Shown here one piece after another: positions 46,301 through 56,678 of a stretch of 64,000 nucleotides of DNA. The notes under the pieces were generated by a model, which saw only the letters and a program-made list of their open reading frames with translations, was not told the origin of the DNA and did not search any database. The position numbers and the translations under genes were made by a program. This DNA comes from Ruditapes philippinarum (lineage: Eukaryota): NCBI RefSeq assembly GCF_026571515.1, contig NW_026858667.1, forward strand, positions 1 to 64,000, given 5' to 3'. Positions within the stretch are counted from its first letter, which is position 1. Each line of letters opens with the position of its first letter.

Positions 46301-49300
46301 AATGAACAAATAAAAAATTCAATTAACTTAATGTTAAGTATATATAAGAAATTATTCAATATTGTTTTTGACAAAGGAGTAATTCCAGAAAGCTGGACAA
46401 TAGGAACTATAAAACCCATATACAAAAACAAAGGAAATTGTCTCGGAAAACTTTTTACAAGCATAATAAATAATAGGTTAAATAAATTTGCAAATGACTC
46501 AAACCTTATACATGAGACACAAGCTGGTTTTCGTAAGAAACATTCGACAGTTGATAATATATTCATTCTAAAGTCCTTAATCGATATTGTCCAGTCAAGC
46601 AGACGAAAACTTTTTTGTTATTTTGTAGACTTTAAGCAAGCATTTGACTCTGTATGGAGAATAGGACTATGGCAAAAAATAAGACAAGAAAATATTAATG
46701 GAAAATGCTTTAACGTTATAAAAAGTTTGTATGAAAATATTAAGTCTCAAGTAAGCACAAATGAAGGAAGCACCCCCTTTTTCGATTGTTTAATTGGGGT
46801 ACGACAAGGGGAAAATTTATCGCCATTTTTATTTTCTATATTTTTGAATGACTTGGAATACTTTTTACAAAGCAACGATATTAACGGAGTTTCAAGAGAT
46901 ACAATTATTGAAGGCGTACATGTCTATCTTAAACTTTTTATTTTGCTTTATGCCGACGATACAGTGATCTTCAGTGAAAATGAAATTGATCTTCAAAAGG
47001 CTTTAGATCAGTTTAAATTATATTGTGAAACGTGGAAATTAAATATTAATGTAAATAAAACCAAAGTTATGATATTTAGTAAAGGGCGTCCAAAAATAAA
47101 TAATGTTTTTAAAATTGGGCAACATGTCTTGGAAATTGTAAATGAATATAAATATTTAGGGATATATTTCAATAAAAGTGGTTCGTTTTATAAATCTAAA
47201 ATACAAATAGCTGAACAAGCTAATAAAGCACTATTTGCATTACTGAGGAAAATTAAAACTTTGGCTTTACCATTTGACCTACAAATTGAATTATTTGAAA
47301 AAACTATCAAGCCTATTTTACTGTACGGAAGCGAAATTTGGGGATATGGAAATGTTAATGTTTTAGAGAGAATTCAGCTGAAATTTCTCAAATATATATT
47401 TAAATTTAAAAAGTCAACCCCGTCTTATATGATATATGGTGAAACAGGTGTCCTACCACTCAGTGTGCATATCAAACACAGAGTAATTACATTTTGGGCA
47501 AGACTTATTGAAAATATCAATAGTGATGAACCAACAAAATTATCTTCAAAGGTTTATATTTTCTTACGTAAATTACATATAGATAATAAAGTTAAATCAC
47601 TGTGGATAGAAAATGTAAAACAATATTTATGTGAAACTGGTTTTTCTGGGATTTGGTACATAGAAAGTTTTAGCAATAGTAAGTGGTTGATACAAACAAC
47701 ATTTCAAAAGTTAAAAGATATTTACTCGCAAAATTGGCGTTCTGAACTAAATAACACTTCTGATACAAACGTTTACAAATATATCAAAAAGGATTTTTCT
47801 AGAAGCTGTTACATAGATAAACTACCAAGCAATTTAGCTAATAAATTATTACTATTTTTGACAAGAAATCATCGCCTTCCAATTGAAATAGGACGATGGC
47901 AGAATATACCTATTCAAGACCGTAAATGTAATATATGTAACGATATTGGCGATGAATTTCATTATCTTTTTGTATGTCCAGAATTTGAAAATGATAGAAA
48001 AATATACATAGATAATTTTTACATAAATAGGCCAAGTATGTTTAAATTTGTAAGCCTGGTCACATCGGAAAATACAAATAAACTAAAGAATCTTAGTATT
48101 TTTTTGTATGAAAATAATGCAACATTTTATTGGAACTTGATGTGTTTTACTAGACAATTTTAAATCATGTCTTAAATTACTATATGCGAAAGATAAGTTT
48201 ATGACCTTTTTTCTTTTTGTGTGTCTTTGATGATTGAATTTTGTAATAATTATTCTTTTCACTTACATATATATACCCAGCTCAATTTTATAGCTTAAAT
48301 AAATATGAATGTGTTAGGCTCTGTTCTTGGAAATCTCAATAGCCGTTTTCTACTACATTATGTTATGTGATTCTATGTATGTATTTATGCATTTATGTAT
48401 GTCACAATTTACTTATGTTTCCCGCTATTGTGGGACTTTTGCATATATTGAAAATAAAATCTGAAATCTGAAAACCATCATGTAATGATTACCGTGTTAT
48501 AGCGTCTTCTTTCGCCTCGCGTTCTTTTCCCGCTTCAATTTGTACATCCGTCACTTGTCTGTAGATGAAAGAATTCTGATTTTTATAATGCATATACGAT
48601 TTGATTAAATAAAATTAAAAACATTAGAATTTAAAATTAAATTAAATACTTAATATTAGATACAGTCTGGGCGCAATGACATATACTTTGTTGTTGTGTA
48701 TATATAAGGCGGAAGGTTCCCTTTGTGGCGGTTTTTACCTCCCAGTTTGGTTATTTCGATACAAATATTTACATGCCATGTTTGTTATTATGTAACATTT
48801 GTCATTTATGGCATTTAATAAATGCCCTATTTCATTCAACCTAAGTGTTGTGTTTTATCTCATACCAAACAAGTTCGTCTTGCCAGTTATATTTGCTTGA
48901 CCTGGACAATACATAAATAAGATTTTATGCCCACATAAAATAATTTATGTCATTGGTCCGTCCCTATTCTCATTACTGTACTGAATATTACCCGTTACGG
49001 GTCGGGTTTTAGCCAAGTACATCTTAGCCAATCAATATCAAGACCTAAATCACGTGATGTTAATTAACCAATGATTACATTAGATCTATCACAAAGAAAT
49101 AATTTTGGCGAGGAATGATTCTCGCCTTTGTTTTTTACTAAAATCCACCTCCTCCAACTCCATCCACCTCTTTCAATTTTTGATGTTGCTATAAATACCA
49201 TTTCATTTATTGTTCATGAATCAGTAGTTTTACTTATTGTTTATCTCAAAATACTTGTGCAACTATTCATCATGTACACTATATATATATATATATGTAT

Positions 49301-52300
49301 ATTGTTCATGCAAAAATTTTTAAAACTAGTCAATGTTATATTATCTCTTTCAAAATTTTTTATTTGTTGTCATAAATACTTATGATCTAGTCATATGAAA
49401 TACACTTATTCATGTATAGAATGTTTAAAATATTTTTCAAGGATGTAGCCCTACATCAAGTGGTACTAGACACAAGATGAAAGGGCACAAGTTTCCAGAC
49501 TATGGTTTTTCCTGGGCGAGTCGACCACGATTTGGAAAAATATTTTTTATTTAATGGTTTTTGATCAGCAATCCATATTATTATATTTGTGTAGATGGTT
49601 TTTAGTTCAACTTTGTCATCTATTACAACTTTTGCTAAGATTGTTATCTATTTCATAGTTTATTTTGATCTTGTGCTTAATCATTACATTGCAATGTATA
49701 TCATAATCTGGCGGTTTTTACCTCCCAGTTTGGTTATTTCGATACAAATAATGTACATGCCATGTTTGTTATTATGTAACATTTGTCATTTATGGCATTT
49801 AATAAATGCCCTATTTCATTCAACCTAAGTGTTGTGTTTTATCTCATACCAAACAAGTTCGTCTTGCCAGTTATATTTGCTTGACCTGGACAATACATAA
49901 ATACAACATACAGAAACAACAATAACCACATCAGAAGCACAACGCACTTACTTTTTCAATGCATCTTCCTTCACATTAAATTCCTTTTCCATGTCTGCTT
50001 TCAACACCTCCACTTGACTGAAATATGAAATAGTTTACACAATGTACGTATGCTTATATTTATTATATACAGTTTAAAGTTATAAAAGTCCAAATTCGGT
50101 AGTAGAAAAACTTTCGAAATGAACACTTATTAATGTACTGGAGTTAAAGGAAATGTATTTCGGAAATGTATTCCGCGGCAATGATTTGATGACATCGCAC
50201 TTAAAGTCATGCTTCATTCTAAAAATATCGTAAAAGCAAAACATATTGAATGAATTCAATTTTTTTTCAGGAATCGATCACCTATGTGCCTTTATTATAA
50301 TACTTATTAATGAAATTTTGATAAATATTTGTATAATAAAATGCATATTTTTATTTTACATATCTCCAATGAAAAAAATATTTTTCACATTTTTCACTAC
50401 AGTGAAACATATTTTCCGAATTTTCACTGGTGTCTGGACTAGTTTCTTTTAAATTCAGCCAATACACAAAATCAAAAAAATCTTTCGAACTGTGAGCTCA
50501 AGAAACAGAAAAAAGTATATGATAAACAGAAAATTCAAGTATTTTTTATAAATACAGGATGTAGTTTCATCTCGTGGTATGAAAATTTAATGTATCACGA
50601 TTTTAAGAAGAGTAAAAAGATTCAAGAGTAGAGTAATAATTTACATAATATGCGCGATTGATGATTGATTTTTTTCTGTATGTATTATCATATTTCTACT
50701 GCGTTACTAACACAAAGAAGGGTATTTTTAATATTTTGATCTGATTATGATTATCTTTATGGGTTGTATAAGCACTGTTTTTAATATGTAACATTCAGAA
50801 ACAACAATAACAACAACAGAAGCACAACGCACTTACTTTTTTAAAGCATCTTCTTTCACCTTGAATTCCTTTGCCATTTCAGCTCTCAACGCCTCCACTT
50901 GACTGAAATATGAAATAGTGTACACAATGTGAGTACGCTTTATAACTTCTAAGTATATTTGTTATAAATATATTTTAGATTTATAAAATTTGTGATAGGT
51001 AGGAAACTTTCGAAATGAACACTTATTGATGTTACGCTTAAAGTCATGCATCATTGTAAAAAATATCGTAAAAGCAAATCGTATTGAATGAATTCAATTT
51101 TATTCAGGAATCGATCTCCTATGTGCCTTTATTATATGCTTATTAATGAAATTTTGAGAAATATTTATATGATAAAATTCATATTTTTATTTTCCATACC
51201 TCCATAGTTTTTTCTTAATTCAGCCAATACACAAAATAAAAAAAAAATCTTTCGAATTGTAAACTCAAGAAACAAAAAAAGTATATGATAAACAGAAAAT
51301 TCAAGTATTTTCTATATTCAAAAATTATCATATTTCACTCGTGGTTACCGCCACTCATGAAATATTGATTTTATTTTATAGACCTTTTTACAATGCGATT
51401 TCTCCATAGCAACCGATGCTGCATTTTGCGCTTGCGCATTCTGCGTAGGGCAAAAGCGCAATAAAGATAGACTATATTTAGCGTTGTTGAAGGCTTTAAA
51501 AGACGTGATTATAAGTTATGACACCCAGAAAACAGAAAATTTGGGATGAATTAAAGCGGTTAGTACTTAAAACGTGAATTGATATTTATAATAGATATAC
51601 AAAATTAGCGGGACTAATAATTCAATGACCAAAAGTCCTCTGTTCAAGGTTTCATTTCATCAGTTAAAGATAAATTTTATTACCGATGTATTACATAATA
51701 TTACACAATATTGGTATGCCTTTGAAAGTGGATCGGCAAGGCAGTAAGTGTCAAACGGATTGACACGTGACCGGCTGTTATTTGCCAACTATAGTGTACA
51801 ATATCATTCAACCGGGACGTTTTAGTACCATGACATAGTTAATCACTTAAAATTATGATAATCGTATTTTAAGTTACTTTTATTTATACCAGTCTCATCA
51901 ATGTTTATTAATTTTGTGAAGTGACAATTAGTATACGTGACATGCATTGTCATGTGTTACGAGGAACCGGATAAAATGTGTCTTATTTCACCACCCATCT
52001 TAACTTCTCAAGAGTTTGAAAAATTATTTAAATATATTTATGTGACTTAAAACATTTCTGTTTGGCATTCCAGTAAATTGGATAAAGGATAAAATTAGGT
52101 AAACTGAAAACTAAAAATGCATTATCATGTGTTCCGACTTATTACAGAATGATAATTAAACTCGATTTTATATGTTATTTTTTATATAAAATTTCTCTTG
52201 CTTTTATATGGACAATTTCAACAACAATTAAATTGACTTCTTTATTTACCAATATACATATTTCCACATTTTTTTACAACAATTATTTCGATGTCAGGTC

Positions 52301-53528
52301 CGTGATCGTAAGGCGGAATCCTTCAACAAACATCTTTCCCATGCCTTTTTATGACACTCTTGGCCACAAAGCTATAAAAGTATCTTTTGTGTTTATATTA
52401 AAAGCTATTTTATATGATTTTCTAATTTTTACCTTAAACTAACTCGGAATTGTCTATGAATTTTCTACTACATTTCTATTAAGGACTATGCACTTTTTGC
52501 CCTACGCAGATGGCGTATGCGCGAGAAAATACTACTTCCGGTCAATTTTTCATAGCAACGGACCGCGTCGTAAAAAGGTCTATACCACTTGGTGATAAAA
52601 AAAAACAACATTATTTATAAGAAAAGCTTAAACGTCCTCTATCTATTTTTCATTCTAACGGCAAATTTTAACCTACCTTGGTAATAAAACTTCCGGTTCT
52701 TGTTCAGACTTGATGAAATGTGTCCTGTAATATAAGTGAACATTTATGTTTGACGGAATTGATTGATTTGATTTATAACTTCATGATGATAATGATACTT
52801 GTATAAAGCTGCAAAACCAAGCTAAATTGGACTCAAGTTGCATCTCGTCCTGTAAAGCTGTATACACATCCAATATAATTCAGTATTGTACTCTTATAAC
52901 ATTATTCGTTTAATACAGGCTGTAATTCGTTCAACATATAAAAAGGTATATTTTGTTNNNNNNNNNNNNNNNNNNNNNNNNNNNNNNNNNNNNNNNNNNN
53001 NNNNNNNNNNNNNNNNNNNNNNNNNNNNNNNNNNNNNNNNNNNNNNNNNNNNNNNNNNNNNNNNNNNNNNNNNNNNNNNNNNNNNNNNNNNNNNNNNNNN
53101 NNNNNNNNNNNNNNNNNNNNNNNNNAACTCGTTTGAACTCCATGAGGCCCTCAACAAGCATCAATATAGATTTAACATATTCAAACTATCAAAATACATA
53201 AAATGTTACATACATGTTATTTTAAAGACAGAGTTATCAATTTATAGTATGGAATTGACGCTAATTATTATAATAGAGACCGGTGTATGATAACATCTTA
53301 AGTATAAGGTTTTAAAATGGTTTACAGATTTAGCTGACTTGATATAATGAGGAAGGCCGTTCCAAATACAAGATATGACTTACGAAGTTGTTAATATTTG
53401 GTCTTGCTTTGTAAAGTTGAAAATACAGTTAATACATACCCTAAGAATATTCCTGCGACAATAGCAGTCAAAAACAAGAAGCGAGATGCAATCGTTTCTG
53501 AGTCAGCAGGTACACTGTCACCGCCCAT
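40362..53528 (-). CDS. Mieap (SPATA18 C-terminal domain)-like protein with N-terminal hydrophobic segment and three 22-aa repeats
   Basis: Phase-matched GT-AG exons 53528-53440, 52724-52677, 50902-50837, 50017-49952, 48558-48493, 42619-42418, 42050-41961, 41099-41010, 40646-40362. Motifs RLS...RDNNPDIVDLSDPNRPEKIAGMYSELYSNQWTDA and C..ICRLMVIQDPPM...Y..KG..VDIVVWPALLLKEGGPMVSQGVV match the Mieap domain. An N-gap in intron 1 could hide an exon. Confidence 0.85.
42847..44241 (+). CDS. LINE ORF1 (coiled coil plus L1-type RRM/CTD)
   Basis: Heptad-rich N-terminus, RSMRENLLFYG, IDRAHRLG, RPRPIVVKF, ISEQFP, LVRDKLYIN. Confidence 0.85.
   Translation: MLDNHTRAWQVVENTMSAQNEKLMRMESLLSEVTNIKKDIVKTNTKVYDIENNMKFLQTKITDYDETVQHYSDLCDDITMNNRDTDAKVRQLETEIDKLKQNQENIQMQIKHTDDSIVDVKWRSMRENLLFYGHPESPYSQNEKERENCEMIIQNFIKNEMGINKEMQIDRAHRLGRFNKRNVRPRPIVVKFTFYKDRELVRVAAPSTLTGTKFGISEQFPVEIESKRKVLYEVAKKARQNKQNKVRLVRDKLYINDALYNTDNMQQEPKKYQNDNGARPKTYRNSNFRNTLNTDTVQNRSQKKSNDVNPHITDHNKPFVIPLKNKFEELAFATPLREMSSRTSYAGKKKATSPLEQDSNFKKQNTFNSEYEYESLSDSQLTQEPSVSQHSPSILNNDMTNTLLTNPTSMTLQQYPKVTLPTPPHTNAGYSNTDQEPRFFYVKTRVIIARPTMTQISVNRKTAT
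44290..48163 (+). pseudogene. LINE ORF2 (APE endonuclease plus reverse transcriptase), disrupted
   Basis: SLNVCGL, LQETK, SGG, VYIPP, GDYNAR, STVDY, SDVH; KSPGVD, QAGFR, FVDFKQAFDSV, GVRQGENLSPFLF, LYADD, YKYLG. Broken by a ~400-bp insert (44830-45228), a frameshift at ~46073 and loss of the NYRPI motif near 46436. Confidence 0.9.
48726..49903. repeat. Pair of ~194-bp direct repeats (48726-48919, 49709-49903)
   Basis: TGGCGGTTTTTACCTCCC...ACAATACATAAATA, near identical. Confidence 0.85.
49905..51315. repeat. Tandem duplication (~885-bp period) carrying one 66-bp exon per unit
   Basis: CAGAAACAACAATAAC..CAGAAGCACAACGCACTTAC and the downstream intron sequence are repeated at ~49910 and ~50796. 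Confidence 0.85.
51380..52581. mobile_element. 1.2-kb non-autonomous TIR element, ISL2EU-type ends
   Basis: AT-AGACCTTTTTAC ... GTAAAAAGGTCT-AT; inner IR TCTGCGTAGGGCAAAA / TTTTGCCCTACGCAGA; CATAGCAAC near both ends. Confidence 0.7.
52958..53125. other. Assembly gap (168 N)
   Basis: Run of N. Confidence 1.
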
Positions 53529-53618
53529 TATCTTCGTTCGTTAGAATGACTTTTATAGTATACTACAATGTAATTTAAATGTACAAATAGAGAGTATTAA
53601 TACATCTTTAATGCTTAA

Positions 53619-53982
53619 AGGCATATTATGCCTCAGAAATGAATACATATTTACTTCTTTAAAAAGGTCAGACATGAGTTTTATAATGTTTATTAAACTT
53701 TAAACAATGTTTTTATAGCATGCCACATGCTTGTTAACTGAAGAAAATAGCGCTAAATGTTAAATATTATGTTATACAAGTAGCTAAATGTAAACAAAGT
53801 AGTATTTTTACTTCCATACAAAATATTAAATCATTATAAATGTACTAATTGCCAAAAATCAACAGAAGAAAAAGACTGTTTAGGTAATTGGCCAGTAAGA
53901 AACGTACTGGAAACAATAAAAAAAATACCAAAAAATAAAATTGAGAAATAAAATTAAAGTATTTCTGATGCATAATGGGCCT
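53619..53982. mobile_element. Kolobok-type MITE (TTAA TSD, AGG termini)
   Basis: TTAA-AGGCATATTATGCCTCAGAAA ... TTTCTGATGCATAATGGGCCT-TTAA. Confidence 0.75.
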
Positions 53983-54238
53983 TTAAAGAAAAGATTGAAA
54001 TTAATTGCAATTAAAATTAGTTGCACTAATTAGATATTAACTTTGATCTATAGATTGTATAGAATCTTTTTAAATCTTTAATTCAAACTAAAAGTTGATG
54101 ATTGAATTACTTAACATTTGTATTAATCAAGGCGGTAAAATAAAAGCTAAATGCTTAGTCAGCATATTCTCTAATCTCTTCAAATAGACACTAATTCTCG
54201 TACTAATACTAGTATACTAATATATTGCATATAAAGTC

Positions 54239-54733
54239 AAACCGAAAGTACATACATCAACCCAAACAATTTTAATCAATATTGAAAACAAATATTTCAA
54301 CGAATCGATTTCCTAACAAGATTAACCCGATATAAATGTTAAATGTAATTCTATTTATATACATGCGATATAGTAAATTGAGTAAATATATATGAAGTTG
54401 CAAATAAGGATTTTTTTTATTAAAACCGAAAGTTGGTTATATCTTACCATTAAACAAATGATGATGTTTACTCAAACGGAGAGGCAGATTTAAAAACTAA
54501 CAAATGAGAGATTTACAAAATACTTCAAGCAAATTCATCTTAAATATAAAAACGAAAGTACATTGAAAAACATATTACATGTTCGATATATTTATTTCTT
54601 ATCTTAATATAGATGGTAAATTTATTTATCTCCGGTACGTAAATAAGAAATGATACTCACGTGATCGAGCTGTGTCTAAGACGTATATTTTTCTTTCAGA
54701 TTTGTTTTGTTGTCCAAATTTACTTTCGTTTTT
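54239..54733. promoter_or_regulatory. Cluster of four IRF-E/ISRE-like motifs AAA(A/C)CGAAAGT
   Basis: AAACCGAAAGTA 54239, AAAACCGAAAGT 54422, AAAAACGAAAGTA 54548, TACTTTCGTTTTT 54721. A minus-strand GTGAGT donor at 54660 and an acceptor at ~53563 suggest a 5'UTR exon of the Mieap-like gene here. Confidence 0.6.
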
Positions 54734-56678
54734 GGTCCGGGTAAATTAAATGTTTAAAATATTAATGCTTCTAAGATTGTATTACACTTTACCTCTGTAT
54801 TAAGTCCATGGTTGGCTGCCTTTGATTTATAAATACATGTATTCTTGTATTACATATAAGCGCAAAGGTTTACAAATAACCTGAAATATTATAAAATGGT
54901 ATTAGTTTAAATGCTAAGGAAAAGGTACTCAAATAAAGTTGTTTATATCTCTAAAATTTGATAGTGTTTTATCTTATTAATTTTGATGGCTTGACTTGAG
55001 ATTCAAGTATTGCCTTATAAAAGAGAAGAAAATACACATGGTAGTTTTACATTGCCTTACTCATGCAAATACTGGCTAATTAACTAGTTAATTGTTTTAC
55101 AAAGAGCGGTATTAGTAGTTTACATTCTAGATCACGACAGTAAGCCACTTTAAATTAACCAGAGCACATTTCAGTTCATGAGCAAGATGTCAAGAAGTTT
55201 ACTAGTTACTGTACTAAATGAAGAAACTGCAATAGTTACTTCTGTACATGCCAGAACAGAGATACCGAGTGAATGACAAAGGGAATGTCTCGGCTATTAT
55301 TCATAATAACCTCGGACTTAATACGGATTGAAAGTAGTTCTACCACGTGGTTTTAGATGTATTTTATTTAGAATTTTAGCAAATTTATGGGCACAATTAT
55401 TCGTCACAAATGGTTGGTAAAATACTTTACAAGAAGGATATTAATTTTAATTAAGTATATATCAAATAACAAGCTTTATAAAATGTTCAAACTGATCTGC
55501 AAGTCTTAAAGTTATACAAAATATTAAATCTGATCCATCATTTCCACTGATTTGTATTGTTAATATAATCTGTATCACAACCCGGTTTTCATTTGACTAA
55601 CTGCCCCTCTCGACTGAAATAAATTCACATAGAACGCGATTAGGTTCTAGCTACAAAGTTACAACAAATTTGTGTGTAAAGAATCGTTTCCATCTTGTTT
55701 CTTGCCGCCAATATTTTGATGGACATGCAGAGTTGGGTAGTGCAGTTGACAGTTTTTGTCCCGTTTCTTTTTAAATCCTCGATGTAGAGTAGAGATACAT
55801 TTAACTTTGATTTTTATTTGGTCTCATCCGAAAGACAATTATAAGTTTTATTGGAAAAACGGCGGATGGAACCTGCAACAACTGCATTACTAGCGTAGCA
55901 CATAACCACTGTCCCATGGATTCGCTCCATATCTTTATTCTGTATGATTTTCGGGTATTTACATATATACATGGACAAATCTTTGTTTTATCTTGGGAGC
56001 CATATTGATTAAATGCGTCTTTGAAACACGACTGTTTAATAAAGCAGATGAAAATGACAATTTTATGAATACATGATAGAAAAAAAGTATTGGCATAATA
56101 ATAATAATTACAAAATTAGCGAATTCAAGCGAATTCAAAATTTGTGTTTTTTATATTGATAACTTACATGACTTATGCTTGACAAATTTGCATTTCCGCT
56201 TTAATTGTTCACTATTATCTTCAAGAAAATAACACATAATTATATCATCCTGAAAAGTTGTTACAAATTACAATTGGACCCTAGTTTGTTTATAATGTAA
56301 ATTAGAACACGGAAGTATTATTTGAAAAACGTTTGGTACAATAAACGGGCCGATAAATTTTGACCCAAAATCACACTGGAAAAGCCTACTTTCGATTTGC
56401 ATGCATTTTATCAAAGGTGTCTGAAAAAGACTAATATGGAATTTATTTGGAAAATCCTTGGTATAGTTTTCAAGATTTTTGAGATCATTTTAGTTTTAGA
56501 TCATAGTCAAAATTTGATAAGGAATGTTGTATAAAGCAAGTTTTATAAAAAGTCATTTTCATTAATTGTAACTTTTGGTAAAAATTTAAATATAAAGATA
56601 AAGTAAACCTACTGAAAAATGGATTGTGTGTGCAAATAAAACTGTTTTGCATTTCAGTATAATCAACTCTACACAGTC

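Larger units (their letters stand above)
42800..48473 (+). mobile_element. Non-LTR retrotransposon (RTE-X-like), 5'-truncated and inactive, antisense in intron 5 of the Mieap-like gene
   Basis: L1-like ORF1, APE endonuclease plus RT ORF2, C-terminal HRLPIEIGRW..C-x2-C..DEFH..C motif, AATAAA plus (TCTGAAA)n tail at 48453-48473. Confidence 0.88.

Noticed and set aside
48726-49903. LTR/TRIM element
   Set aside because: The repeats start with TG but do not both end in CA; no PBS, PPT or TSD seen.
52886-53290. ORFs spanning the N run
   Set aside because: Artefacts of the assembly gap.
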